A DNA stretch of 64,000 bases. It comes from Nitrospirota bacterium. GTDB lineage: Bacteria; Nitrospirota; UBA9217. Under the pieces are notes generated by a model that searched no databases, was not told the origin of the DNA, and was given only the letters and a program-made list of their open reading frames with translations. The DNA lies in the NCBI GenBank assembly GCA_963845065.1, contig CAWJQQ010000001.1:96001-160000 (forward strand), given 5' to 3'. Below, one piece after another: positions 1 through 10,682 of this stretch. Numbering within the stretch: the stretch's first letter is position 1; the number at the start of each line of letters is the position of its first letter. Position numbers and translations under genes: made by a program.

Positions 1-201
1 ATGTTATGCATGTCGGCCTCTGGGACAAAACAGATTTCGGGGCTCAATACCTTCACTTGCGTTGAAGCCTGATACCTCCCGCCTCCCGGCTTCATACAGA
101 TCGTTACCTCACTGCATGCGGGACTTGGTTCTGGGTTGGTGGCTAACCTTTGTCCAGGCCGGACTTACACCGGCTGGAATATATGAGCTTGCTTGGCGCA
201 C
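1..201 (-). mobile_element. Group II intron, 5' end (domain I); continues beyond the left window edge
   Basis: Minus strand reads GTGCGCCAAGCAAGC...CCAGCCGGTGTAAGTCCGGC...GGTTAGCCACCAACCC...GTGAAGGTATTGAGCCCCGAAA. This has the GUGYG 5' boundary and typical domain I motifs. Class not assigned. Confidence 0.75.
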
Positions 202-416
202 TAACATTCGATGTTTCATCCCGTAATTGTTATACATTGGCTCCTGCCTTTAACAATACTTTTTTGGTCGATATATCAGGCTTAAAGTAATGAATAATTC
301 GGAGCTGCCACAATAAGCCGAGCCAATTTGTATTAATATTTGAAATAAAGTGATATAATTAATAAAATAGTTTTGATTTTATAGCAATTGTCCCTTTTCA
401 CAAGACCGGAAAAGAG

Positions 417-629
417 GTGGGAACAATTACATACAGTATGACATGCAGTTGCGGTGATGTTATGTCGGCCCAAGGTAGCACGAGGGAGGAAGCCGTCAAA
501 AACTTAAAGGCGATAATGAATGAAGAGTCAGTTTCCGAGCATATGGCACGGAAACACCCGGGAGACAAAATTCCAACTGACGAACAAGTATACGTTATGA
601 TAGAGCGGGGCTTGAAGGCGGCAGCTTAA
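417..629 (+). CDS. Small metal-binding protein, DUF1059-like
   Basis: CSCG motif, TREEAV, C-terminal HMARKHP; AAGAG upstream of the GTG start. Confidence 0.55.
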   Translation: MGTITYSMTCSCGDVMSAQGSTREEAVKNLKAIMNEESVSEHMARKHPGDKIPTDEQVYVMIERGLKAAA

Positions 630-904
630 GCCCTCCTGAATAGTTTATGATCGCAAGGCCGGGCAAGCTGCGGTGTGCGGGTTTATTGTCCGCACATCAC
701 TTGAATCACCAGTGCGTTACGACAAAAAATCTTTAAATTTTTAGAATCTTTTAGCTCGCATGATTATAGATCGAACACTGAACTTCATTATGAAAATTGA
801 AATATGTCGCTTGAAACATTTGATGTACTCTGCTTCCTATAATCGTTAGAGTTGATAATCATATAAAGGGCACCTCCGAGCATACCGGAACTGTTTTGAT
901 TCTG

Positions 905-1138
905 GTAAACGTGCTTGGTTTTTCCGGACTCTTCCGGTGGAGTCATGGATGCTCGGGCGAAAGCCTTTACCGACGAGATGATGTTCGCCGCGGCCCGAGC
1001 CATTTTAACGCGGCACCCGGAGGGGAGCTCGTGCCGCAACCACTCGACCGCAGCGTGAACGACGCGGTTGCCCGAGCGGTATTCGAGGCTGCGCAGGGGA
1101 AACAGTATATCGCCGCTTGCGACGCTAACGAGGAGTAA
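905..1138 (+). pseudogene. C-terminal fragment of NAD(P)-dependent malic enzyme with compensating frameshifts
   Basis: Switching frames gives NVLGFSGLF/RGVMDARAKAFTDEMMFAAARAI/..GELVPQPLDRSVNDAVARAV, which matches the malic enzyme C-terminus; lies directly upstream of aceB. Confidence 0.7.
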
Positions 1139-1140
1139 CC

Positions 1141-2739
1141 ATGAGCCCAGAGAAACAAGACAGCGGTTTAACCATAACAGCGCCTTTGACCGATTCATTC
1201 AAAACCATACTCACCTCCGAAGCGCTGTCGTTTATCGCCTCCCTCGCGCTGGAGTTTGAAGATCGCAGGCAGGGCCTCTTGAAGCGAAGACGGGAGGTGC
1301 ACGCAGCTATCGATGACGGGAGGTTTCCGGATTTTCTGAAAGAGACCAGAGAAATTCGGGAAAGCGACTGGAAAGCGGCGCCTATCCCTTCGGACTTGCA
1401 GGACCGGCGAGTCGAAATCACCGGCCCGGTGGATCGCAAAATGGTGATCAATGCCCTGAATTCCGGGTCTAATACCTACATGGCTGATTTTGAAGACTCC
1501 CACGCTCCCACTTGGGACAATACTATTAACGGCCAAATAAATCTCAGGGACGCCGTCGACGAAACCATCCAGCTGGTTACGCCGGAAGGAAAAGAGTATC
1601 GCTTGGAAAAGAATCGGGCGACGCTTATAGTCCGACCCCGCGGATGGCATTTACTCGAAAAACACGTCGAGGTGGACGGCAGACCCATTGCGGGCGCCAT
1701 CTTCGATTTCGGGCTTTTTTTCTTTCATAACGTGAAAAATCTCATCAAGCGAGGAAGCGGCCCCTACTTTTATCTGCCCAAGCTCGAAAGCCACACCGAG
1801 GCGCGCCTCTGGAACGATATTTTCGTGCGCGCCCAGGCGATGCTCGATATTCCCCGCGGCACTATCAAAGCCACGGTGTTGATAGAAACTATCCTGGCGT
1901 CCTTTGAAATTGACGAGATCATCTACGAGCTCAAGGATCACATGGCCGGATTAAACTGCGGACGCTGGGATTACATTTTCAGCTTTATTAAGCGCTTCAA
2001 AAACATACCGGAATACATTTTCCCCGATCGCGCTCAGATAACCATGACCCGGCCCTGTATGCGCTCCTACACACAGTTGGTCATCAAGACCTGCCATCGC
2101 CGAGGGGTGCACGCCATCGGTGGCATGGCCGCTCAGATCCCCATCAAGAACGACCCCCAGGCAAATGAGCTGGCCATACAGAAAGTCCGTGAGGATAAAA
2201 TCCGCGAGGCACGTGAGGGCCATGACGGCACCTGGGTGGCCCATCCCGGGTTGGTTGCCGTGGCCAAGGCCGAGTTTGACCGACTCATGCCGACGCCCAA
2301 TCAGATACACCGGTTGCGCGAGGACGTACACGTCACGGCGAAAGACCTGCTGGAACTGCCCGGGGGAACCATTACGGAAGGCGGCCTGCGCAACAATGTG
2401 AACGTCGCCATTCAATATATGGCCTCCTGGCTCTCAGGAACCGGTTGCATTCCCATCAATCATCTGATGGAAGACGCTGCCACGGCCGAAATCTCGCGTA
2501 CACAACTGTGGCAGTGGGTGCACCATCCCAAGGGCGTGTTAGACGACGGTCGTAAGGTAACCGTTGAGCTTTTCCGTCGGGTCGAAGAAGAGGAACTGGA
2601 AAAAATCAGGAACGCAGTCGGCACCAGGCAGTTTCAAGGCGGTAATTACAACAAAGCGGCCCACTGGTTGGGCGAAATCATAACCAACGATGAACTGGAA
2701 GAATTTTTGACGTTGAAGGCGTACGATCAGTTGGATTAA
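1141..2739 (+). CDS. aceB: Malate synthase A
   Basis: DRRVEITGP, MADFEDS, RPRGWHL, GLNCGRWDYIFS and LMEDAATAEISR motifs; 532 aa. Confidence 0.97.
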   Translation: MSPEKQDSGLTITAPLTDSFKTILTSEALSFIASLALEFEDRRQGLLKRRREVHAAIDDGRFPDFLKETREIRESDWKAAPIPSDLQDRRVEITGPVDRKMVINALNSGSNTYMADFEDSHAPTWDNTINGQINLRDAVDETIQLVTPEGKEYRLEKNRATLIVRPRGWHLLEKHVEVDGRPIAGAIFDFGLFFFHNVKNLIKRGSGPYFYLPKLESHTEARLWNDIFVRAQAMLDIPRGTIKATVLIETILASFEIDEIIYELKDHMAGLNCGRWDYIFSFIKRFKNIPEYIFPDRAQITMTRPCMRSYTQLVIKTCHRRGVHAIGGMAAQIPIKNDPQANELAIQKVREDKIREAREGHDGTWVAHPGLVAVAKAEFDRLMPTPNQIHRLREDVHVTAKDLLELPGGTITEGGLRNNVNVAIQYMASWLSGTGCIPINHLMEDAATAEISRTQLWQWVHHPKGVLDDGRKVTVELFRRVEEEELEKIRNAVGTRQFQGGNYNKAAHWLGEIITNDELEEFLTLKAYDQLD

Positions 2740-2806
2740 GAGCCTTCTTGGGAATAACTTCGCCATGAGGTCATGATAGCAACTAATCAAGGAGAGAGGT
2801 AATGCC

Positions 2807-4147
2807 ATGGAAGAAAATATAGAAGAAAAGGCAATCGAACTCGAAAAGCGCATCTCATGCCATCACATCGACAGCAAGGAGATCAAGGCTCTGGAGCAAA
2901 GCTGGAAAACCGATCCGCGCTGGAAAGGAATTAAGCGGCCGTACACGGCTAGCGACGTCTTGAATTTGAGGGGCACGTTGCAGGTGGAGCACACATTTGC
3001 GGATGCCGGCGCTAAACGTCTGTGGCGCATGATTCACTCTGAAGAATACGTTCCCGCTCTTGGGGCATTGACCGGAAACCAAGCCGTGCAGCAGGTCGAA
3101 GGGGGATTGAAAGCCATTTACGTCAGCGGATGGCAAGTGGCGGCCGACAACAATCTGGCGGGAGAAATGTACCCGGATCAAAGTCTGTATCCCTCCAACA
3201 GCGTTCCCAACGTAGTGCGGCGGATCAACAACGCGCTGCAGCGCGCGGATCAGATCCAGGTTTTGGATTGCCGGGAAAGAGGCCCATACTGGTATGCGCC
3301 GGTCGTCGCCGATGCCGAGGCCGGTTTCGGCGGCCCGTTGAACGCTTTTGAAATAATGAAATCGATGATCGAAGCCGGGGCGGCCGGCGTCCATTTCGAA
3401 GATCAATTGGCTTCCGCAAAAAAATGCGGCCACCTCGGGGGTAAGGTTTTGGTGCCCACCAGTGAATTTATCGTCAAGTTGATATCCGCTCGCCTTGCCG
3501 CCGATATCTGCGGCGTGCCAACGGTGCTGATCGGCCGCACGGACGCCGACGCCGCCAAGTTGATAACCAGCGATATCGATGAGCGCGATCGACCGTTCGT
3601 CATCGGCTCCACGCGTTCGGAAGAAGGCTTTTATTGGGTGAAATCCGGCGTCGAATCGGCCATAGCGCGTGGCGTTGCCTACGCGCCGTACGCCGACATG
3701 ATTTGGTGCGAGACCTCCGAGCCAGACATGAAGCAGGCCAAGCAATTTGCCGAAGGGATTCGTAAGCACTTTCCCGACAAACCGCTAGCCTACAATTGTT
3801 CTCCTTCGTTCAATTGGCAGGCGAGCATGGATGACGCGGCGCTCAAAAGTTTTCAAAAAGAACTGGGCGCCATGGGCTATAAATTCCAATTCGTTACCCT
3901 GGCAGGGTTCCACACCCTTAACTTGGGTATGTTTGATCTCGCCAGCGGCTACCGCAAGGAAGGCATGAAGGCCTATTCCCGTTTCCAACAGGAAGAATTC
4001 AAACACGGAAAAGAAGAAGGGTATATGGCCATCACTCATCAAAAATTCGTCGGGGTCGGCTACTTTGATCGCGTGATGGAAACCGTCAGCGGCGGGAAGA
4101 GCTCCGTCGGAGCGATGAAGGATTCGACGGAACGAGCGCAATTTTAG
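2807..4147 (+). CDS. aceA: Isocitrate lyase
   Basis: [11 protein letters not shown] catalytic signature, [18 protein letters not shown]. Confidence 0.97.
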   Translation: MEENIEEKAIELEKRISCHHIDSKEIKALEQSWKTDPRWKGIKRPYTASDVLNLRGTLQVEHTFADAGAKRLWRMIHSEEYVPALGALTGNQAVQQVEGGLKAIYVSGWQVAADNNLAGEMYPDQSLYPSNSVPNVVRRINNALQRADQIQVLDCRERGPYWYAPVVADAEAGFGGPLNAFEIMKSMIEAGAAGVHFEDQLASAKKCGHLGGKVLVPTSEFIVKLISARLAADICGVPTVLIGRTDADAAKLITSDIDERDRPFVIGSTRSEEGFYWVKSGVESAIARGVAYAPYADMIWCETSEPDMKQAKQFAEGIRKHFPDKPLAYNCSPSFNWQASMDDAALKSFQKELGAMGYKFQFVTLAGFHTLNLGMFDLASGYRKEGMKAYSRFQQEEFKHGKEEGYMAITHQKFVGVGYFDRVMETVSGGKSSVGAMKDSTERAQF

Positions 4148-4269
4148 TTGCGTTTGCGCTCAATCAGATAGTGCACCAAATGATCCTTCAAACAGTTCAC
4201 GGATGGCTTTTTGGGTGGTCTCGTTGGGATGGCGGGTGCCGGGGCTGGTAAACCGAGTGTTGTACCGCG

Positions 4270-4660
4270 AGCGCTTGCTGGCTGAGGCTGATACGTATGA
4301 GCTGCAAGAGGAACTAGAGGCTGAGGCAGAGAGTCAGACCCCGGTGGACGTTCTGCTATTAGCGTGACCTCCTTTGAGGGAGCCAAGGGCCTCTCAGCAC
4401 AACACATGTACATCATTGGTCTGAACAATGGCGAGTTGCCACATGATCCGGATTCAATCAAGGATCTCGAAATCTGTAAGTTCGTGGTAGGGCTCACCCG
4501 CACGCGCAAAAAGTGCACTCTGATTCACACCGGGAACTTCGCCGGCACCTGGAAGATGCCTTCATCCTTTATCTCGTGGATTAATCCTGCTCGTCTTGAG
4601 TTTATAAAGGTTGACGCACAATATTGGAGACGGCAGGCGGAAGAGACATCGCAGGAATGA
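4270..4660 (+). pseudogene. C-terminal fragment of a UvrD/Rep (SF1) helicase
   Basis: TSFEGAKGLS (motif V) and FVVGLTRTRKK (motif VI); upstream part is frameshifted or missing. Confidence 0.65.
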
Positions 4661-5024
4661 CGCGCAAGCGCTGCACGTCGGTCTCCTCTCTTCATGCTAA
4701 ACTTGATAACACCGCTTTACCAATGTTATCTGGGTGGCTACTCAATAAATGTAGTGACCATCACTAGTGTCCCAACGTTACAGCAATAGATTCAATTGGT
4801 TATCTGCATCGATGTCGTCATTTTCATAATTTGGTGAAGAAAGCACGTGCAAAATGGGCGTTTTCTCGAACTGTGTCACACTTAAAATCTGTAGAATTGT
4901 GTAGATGGTTCGCAAAGTTTAGTAACAACTCGAATTCCTTCACAGAATGATGAATAGCATCAAGGTTGTATGAAAATCCATAAAATTATCTTCATCTGAT
5001 ATCATTGATGATTTAGGCCTTAAA

Positions 5025-5435
5025 TTACTTTTTAATTTTTACTCTCTTGTTCATCATTTTGCCGTATTTATATAAGTCCTCTCGTGAAAGAACGAGTGGT
5101 TCCGCAATCCCATCCTTATTCTCGCAAAACAAAAGTTTATTTCTCTTGGAAATACCGATTTTCCAATCTTTATGACTTGTGATTTCTTGAGTGTCAGAAG
5201 GTTTAGAGGTAGCCTGCCTGTTGCTATGAGTATTATCTTTATCTTGTGTCGCTGATTCAAACATACCTGCAAGTTCTGCCAATTTATATTTGGGCAATTT
5301 TAAAGGGTCGGCATGGTAATCAGTTGCCCGAATATAGATGCAGTTGTCTTTTTGGGAAAATGTAATAGACCAACCGCTACCATCATCGACAACATTAATG
5401 TCATCCATGTAACCCTCCACATAAGACAGATTCAT
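5025..5435 (-). CDS. Hypothetical protein
   Basis: 136-aa ORF with a weak internal repeat (WSITFSQK..PLKL / WKIGISKR..PLVL). Confidence 0.55.
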   Translation of the reverse strand: MNLSYVEGYMDDINVVDDGSGWSITFSQKDNCIYIRATDYHADPLKLPKYKLAELAGMFESATQDKDNTHSNRQATSKPSDTQEITSHKDWKIGISKRNKLLFCENKDGIAEPLVLSREDLYKYGKMMNKRVKIKK

Positions 5436-5632
5436 TTTGTAATATGAATCATTATGATTTTAGCACAGCCTTCTTACCCATCCGCTTGGAGCTAGTAGCG
5501 TTATCCCGCATCGGCTTCGCAGGAGTAGGGGAGGTAAGAAAGTGCAGGGGTGTGAAATCGTAGATGGGAATTCCGGGCAAGTTCATGGTTAAGCCGAAAA
5601 GGGAGAGAGGAATAATGTCTTGCAGCTTGGCA

Positions 5633-5974
5633 TTAAAGCTCTGCCTCATCATCCTCCAAAGAATCACCAACAAGGTCAAGAACAATAGAATGAAATTCTA
5701 TTTCGAACCAATGTTTAAACATTTTAACGTCTCGATTCGGAGGCCATCCCTGCTCATCTGTGTACCAATCATTCAACTGTTCCTCAAAAAGACGTTGATA
5801 GAATTCCTGAATTAGCTCTTCTTGGCAGCCATCAGAGGTAATATCGGGCAGAAGATACACGGTTCTATCCTCATCTATGTCATCTTGAGTAATATGTTCG
5901 GACTCGGGAAGAGACAGTATCCAATCTACGAATGGTCGTTTCGCTTTTATAGTGATTGCTGACCGATTGAGCAT
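5633..5974 (-). CDS. Conserved acidic hypothetical protein
   Basis: MLNRSAITIKAKRPFVDW...WYTDEQGWP...FKHWFEIEFHS resembles a conserved uncharacterised family; GAGG RBS. Confidence 0.7.
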   Translation of the reverse strand: MLNRSAITIKAKRPFVDWILSLPESEHITQDDIDEDRTVYLLPDITSDGCQEELIQEFYQRLFEEQLNDWYTDEQGWPPNRDVKMFKHWFEIEFHSIVLDLVGDSLEDDEAEL

Positions 5975-6280
5975 TGGATTTACATACCGCCTCTTTCACA
6001 GGGATTATCATCCGTTGGCAAGGGTCATGTGATGTTCCATTCTTTCCTTGAACAGGCTAATGATGGAACGAGTATAGGATAGGCTGAAGAAATTTGCAAG
6101 GCAATGACAGGTTCTATCTAAAGCAGAATTGTCACTCCGTAAAATTGTTTAGTTGAATGTATACCTGATAAGGGATAGCAGGGGATAATAGCGGGTAATA
6201 TACTATTTCTTTTTAAGGCAGGTATCTAACAATATCAAATACAAGGTACTAAGAGCGGATAACCCTATAAAAGTTTAAGC

Positions 6281-6311
6281 GCCTTCACACGGCAGAGGTC
6301 GCTGGTTCGAA
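6281..6311 (+). other. tRNA-Val(CAC) internal fragment (att-site remnant, not a functional tRNA)
   Basis: GCCTTCACACGGCAGAGGTCGCTGGTTCGAA covers the anticodon arm to the T-loop only. Confidence 0.6.
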
Positions 6312-6426
6312 GTGTCCTGTTACTGTCCTGTTAAATAAAAGCGTTTTTTAAAGTGCTGTAAGTCCTTGATTTGTGGTGTTGAATAAGGGAGGTGCTTGAC
6401 CACGTGATATGGCGCGCCCCAAGGTG
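6312..6426. repeat. Attachment-arm repeat type X, copy 1
   Basis: TGTCCTGTTACTGTCCTGTTA direct repeat plus TAAGTCCTTGATT, an exact IHF consensus WATCAANNNNTTR on the minus strand. Confidence 0.7.
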
Positions 6427-6517
6427 ATGCCGCAGCTTCATTAGGTTAGGCGGTATGAATTCGCATACCGCGTGCAACACCGCCAAGTCACCGCTGGCGG
6501 CCCTATAGAAGGAATGG

Positions 6518-7066
<549 letters not shown>

Positions 7067-7095
7067 TACGTAAGAGTACCTCTAATCATAGGGCA

Positions 7096-7228
7096 GCCTA
7101 ACCAGTGTATATCTAGTTAGGGCCAAGTCGTAAAGAACGAATTTCCGTTGTTTACTAGTTTAGCAATGATTGTGTCATGTTAGCTCAATAATAGAAAAGA
7201 CTATATTCCTGACAGCCGCAGTTGTCAA
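7096..7228 (-). promoter_or_regulatory. Pc-like promoter plus attI-like core (platform 1)
   Basis: TTGACA (7228-7223), 17 nt, TATAGT (7205-7200), then a GTTAGGC core (7102-7096) just upstream of the DHFR-family gene; homologous to 28531-28658. Confidence 0.65.
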
Positions 7229-7284
7229 TATTCAGAGAGGGGTATGTCCAGAGAGGGGTATTTGAGGAGTATCAGTTATTTAAT

Positions 7285-7434
7285 TCCGGATGAAATTGTG
7301 ATTGTTGTTAAAAATGGCAACTCCACTACTTCAGGAAGAAGCCAATGACAGTTACGCTTTTTAAAAATTGCGGCCTCCACCTACTATTGAATAATCTGAC
7401 TGATTCAAACAGACTGCGAAATACAGGGAGAAAC
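7285..7434. repeat. Conserved ORF-less attC-adjacent element, copy E1
   Basis: AAAATGGCAACTCCACTACTTCAGGAAG aligns with the copy at 60145; CACCTAC motif 57 nt from the attC. Confidence 0.6.
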
Positions 7435-7486
7435 GTACAATGCTCGGGTGAGGTGGAGAAAGCCCCTTGCGACCATCTGGTTGGGC
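7435..7486 (-). other. Degenerate attC site
   Basis: Minus strand: GCCCAAC-CAGAT-GGTCGCA...TCACC-CGAGC-ATTGTAC. Confidence 0.55.
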
Positions 7487-7538
7487 ATTATTGTTTGGGG
7501 TTAGTATTGCTCGACCAGGCCCGCTAAACTCTCACCGA

Positions 7539-8144
7539 TCATTTTGATTCTAATTGTCCCAGGAACACCTGAGTAAGCGCAGCCTTAAGATCCTCTTCAA
7601 GATGCTTTGTTCCTCGCAGCACAAAAGCGCCGGTATTCCTCCAGTGAATATCCACATCCGAATCAAGGGAGCCGCTGTTGACGTCGAGTATCCTGACTCG
7701 TACCACGGCCTCAGACCCTCCTTCCCACAGGATCGGTGAGAGATAGATCATCAGGAGAGGCCCCAGTTCTTCGATGCGGAGAAGGATGATCTTATTGTAT
7801 CTATCCGGGAGAACTGATGCAAGTTTAATGGTTTCTATGTCAGAGAGTGTGACCGGGTCACGGCCAGCCAGGGTTCTCAAAACCGAGGTTTTTGCGTAAC
7901 AAGACCGGCTACTGAAGAACTGTGAGATGGCCTTCGATGCTTTCTCCTCACGGAGCTGCTTTTCTTTCTGGTTCGTGCGCCACGCTGTTCCCCAGAGGAC
8001 GAGCGCACTATCCTGTATTGTGTTAATCTGGCAGAGCGGAGCGGTTTCACCGGTTGCATGGATTGCCGTCTGCGTTAAAGCACAACCGGATAATAAAAAA
8101 CTAACTACCATCAAATACGTAAGATGTAAATGAATTATGTTCAT
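7539..8144 (-). CDS. Putative lipoprotein (cassette-type ORF)
   Basis: Signal peptide with LSGC lipobox; followed by an attC-like site. Confidence 0.75.
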   Translation of the reverse strand: MNIIHLHLTYLMVVSFLLSGCALTQTAIHATGETAPLCQINTIQDSALVLWGTAWRTNQKEKQLREEKASKAISQFFSSRSCYAKTSVLRTLAGRDPVTLSDIETIKLASVLPDRYNKIILLRIEELGPLLMIYLSPILWEGGSEAVVRVRILDVNSGSLDSDVDIHWRNTGAFVLRGTKHLEEDLKAALTQVFLGQLESK

Positions 8145-8224
8145 GGTTGGACCTCTCCAGCAATTATCGAGTTTCGCATCGGGTTACCCGATATGGGGCT
8201 TTAATAGTCATATACTCAGCAATT

Positions 8225-8385
8225 TGCGAAAGACACAACTACCGCTGACGATAGGAAGGATTACGCACTACAAACTTCTATCGGTATTCCTCACTGCACC
8301 GAGAGTCTAGGCTCTCCACAGATCACCTACAAGCATGCAGTGGCGTTGACTTAAAATCAATGCATGATACTACATGAAAATTGCG
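8225..8385. repeat. ORF-less attC-adjacent element, copy E2
   Basis: CACCTACAAGCATGCAG..TTGACTTAAAATCAATGCATGATAC; motif 62 nt from the attC. Confidence 0.7.
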
Positions 8386-8445
8386 CAGGAACGGCTCCGC
8401 TGAGGGGCCTGATTTTCGCGACCCTCTCGAGCCGAATGGTTAAAA
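8386..8445 (-). other. attC site (60 bp)
   Basis: Minus strand: TTTTAAC-CATTC-GGCTCGAG-AGGG...CCC-CTCAGC-GGAGCC-GTTCCTG; begins 4 nt after the TPR gene stop. Confidence 0.75.
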
Positions 8446-8449
8446 AATT

Positions 8450-9043
8450 TCACTGCGAATCAGTTTTTTTTCTCAGCTTTTCTAAAGAACGAGCAGCTGT
8501 AGAATTTGTCGGATCGATTTTCAATATCTTTTCATACTCGTTCTCGGCGTATTTCTCATCTCCGCCAGCTTCATAAGTCTGCGCCAGCTTAAAATGAAGT
8601 TCAATATTGTGGGGGAGAGGTTCAAGCTCAATAGCTTTCTTGTAGTTTTCAGCGGCCCTTTTTAATCTATTTGAGGAAAATAGTTTAGATTTTAGGTATA
8701 TGTCGCCGAGAGTCTCATAAGGCAGAGACCATCGCGGATTAAGCCGTGTTGCTGCTTCAAGACAGCTTACAGAACTTCTATAATCGCGCACAATCCAATA
8801 GACTTGTGCTAGCTTGTAATAGCATAAGAAGCAATTTGGATCGACTTTTAGAGCATCATAATACTTATCGATAGCGTGCGAATAATCTTGTTTATTTGCC
8901 AGTTTATCGCCTTCTGTAACAAGTGAGTTTACAGAGGTCGAATTCATTTTTTGAGTATTTGTTTTGTTGTCTTTATCGCAAGCGATTACAAGACAGATTA
9001 ATAAACAAAATAATATAATGTTCTTTGTTTTGGATTTACGCAT
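8450..9043 (-). CDS. Tetratricopeptide-repeat lipoprotein (gene cassette)
   Basis: IAC lipobox and multiple TPR helices; bounded by attC sites. Confidence 0.85.
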   Translation of the reverse strand: MRKSKTKNIILFCLLICLVIACDKDNKTNTQKMNSTSVNSLVTEGDKLANKQDYSHAIDKYYDALKVDPNCFLCYYKLAQVYWIVRDYRSSVSCLEAATRLNPRWSLPYETLGDIYLKSKLFSSNRLKRAAENYKKAIELEPLPHNIELHFKLAQTYEAGGDEKYAENEYEKILKIDPTNSTAARSLEKLRKKTDSQ

Positions 9044-9055
9044 AAGTTATTTCTC

Positions 9056-9115
9056 GACTAACGCGCGCCTGACGCGCCGCCGTATGGCGCGTCGCTATCG
9101 AGACGCAGGTTAATT
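9056..9115 (-). other. attC site (60 bp)
   Basis: Minus strand: AATTAAC...GTCTCGA..GACGCGCC/GGCGCGTC stem..TCAGGC-GCGC-GTTAGTC. Confidence 0.8.
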
Positions 9116-9230
9116 CATAAGCACCACCAATTGAGTCTATCCTTTTTATGATTCCAATAGACATTGATCATCGCTTTCTTCGCCACCTACTTCTATTCCA
9201 TTGCATATCCCGAACCTCTCGAACGATTAA

Positions 9231-9842
9231 TTATTTACGGTCAAGAAGTTCCTTGACTTGCTTTTTCACTTTCGAAATGAAAATTGGATATTTATTATTG
9301 CCATAAGAAACCTGCGCTGCTATGTTTTTATCCGACTGCTGATTCAATCGAGCGATAAGCGCCTTTTTCTCTTTTTCGCTTCGTGTTGGCTTGACAGTTA
9401 ATGATTCAACATCGATAACGATTGGAATAAAGAAAATATCATCAGAGGGAGGCGAAGACACTTCCCAACCGTCGCAAACGTCACATAAAGTCGCAATGTA
9501 TTTCCCATTTATGTATTTTAAAGTATCGTTCTCATGTACAAATTCGACAGAGTCTATATTCTGATCAAGCAGTTTCTTTCCCTTGTTACCTTGGAACTTG
9601 AATATCTTGAGGAGGTTTTCTGAATGATCTCCATCTCCACCATATCTTGCCTGATAAATAAGTAGAATTGACTTATCACGTGAGTGAAAGACATTGACCC
9701 TATCCGCACCAAATATCCTATTTTTGTAAAAAGGATGAGACACATCAACTTTGCTTAATAATTCCCTGGAATCATTGTCCTTGGCAAACACTGCGAAGGG
9801 TGCCAGGATTAAGATTAATATCATTATTAGAGTTCGTTTCAT
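9231..9842 (-). CDS. Secreted hypothetical protein (gene cassette)
   Basis: Signal peptide and CDVC motif; upstream core GTTATTTA (9863-9856) mirrors TAAATAAT at the stop codon. Confidence 0.75.
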   Translation of the reverse strand: MKRTLIMILILILAPFAVFAKDNDSRELLSKVDVSHPFYKNRIFGADRVNVFHSRDKSILLIYQARYGGDGDHSENLLKIFKFQGNKGKKLLDQNIDSVEFVHENDTLKYINGKYIATLCDVCDGWEVSSPPSDDIFFIPIVIDVESLTVKPTRSEKEKKALIARLNQQSDKNIAAQVSYGNNKYPIFISKVKKQVKELLDRK

Positions 9843-9863
9843 GTGTTACCTCACTTAAATAAC

Positions 9864-10338
9864 ATGAGCAAGTTCTATACGTGGATTGACCGCTACGGCA
9901 AGGCCAATGAGCATAACGCTCCCATTCCTCGGGATTTTTGGCTGGAAGAGTGGAAACGGGAAGCCATCATCGGTTTTTATCACGATAACCCCCTTGAGGG
10001 TTACCGCCGGCTCACCTTCATGATGCTCGACCGGAATATCGTTGCTGTAAGTCCCGCCAGCACATGGCGCATTTTGTTCAAAGCTGGCCTTATGGATCGG
10101 TGGAACAAGAAAATCAGCAAACAGGGAACGGGCTTTGTCCAGCCCCTTCTGCCCCACGAGCATTGGCATGTAGATATCTCGTATCTCAACATCTGTGGCA
10201 CGTTCTACTATCTCTGCTGCCATCTCGACGGGTGCAGCCGCTATATCGTGCACTGGGAGATTCGTGAACAGATGCTGGAAGCTGATGTGGAAATCATCAT
10301 CGAGCGGGCCAAAGAGAAGTTCCCGGAAGCCAGGCCGG
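9864..10338 (+). mobile_element. IS3-family transposase internal fragment (HTH and start of rve core)
   Basis: GYRRL, WHVDISY, LDGCSRYIVHW; both ends missing. Confidence 0.8.
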
Positions 10339-10474
10339 TGCTACCATTGGCGTTGTAGGTCACGGTGTATGTCTGTATGATTGCTGCTGTACCGCCTCCT
10401 CCGCTACCGCCACAGGCAGCCAGCAGGACTACCACGAAAAGAACCAGAACCAATATACTGAATAACCGTTTCAT
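10336..10474 (-). pseudogene. 5' stub of an InlB B-repeat lipoprotein, truncated at the IS3 fragment
   Basis: LAACGGSGGGG..TYTVTYNANGSTG, paralogous to 10683-12116; AGGAGG RBS. Confidence 0.8.
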
Positions 10475-10579
10475 ATTGCCCTCCTCGGAGAATTGTCAGC
10501 CGATACCCTGTGCTCATTCGAACAACACCTAGCGTTTTTCTTGAAGTGAAAAGGTTTTGTTGATAAATCACCGCCTAAA

Positions 10580-10655
10580 ATAAAAAAGCCGAGCAAGCCG
10601 AAAGAACTCATCCTTTGGCAACTCGGCTGTTTTGGTCTTTTAAGACCAGTATACT
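10580..10655 (-). promoter_or_regulatory. 3' half of a GEMM-I riboswitch plus intrinsic terminator
   Basis: GGTCTTAAAAGACCAAAACAGCCGAGTTGCCAAAGG...CTCGGCTTTTTT is paralogous to 17577-17645; the P2 half is missing. Confidence 0.65.
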
Positions 10656-10682
10656 TCCGGTTTCTTCGTCATGGAAGGCGTT

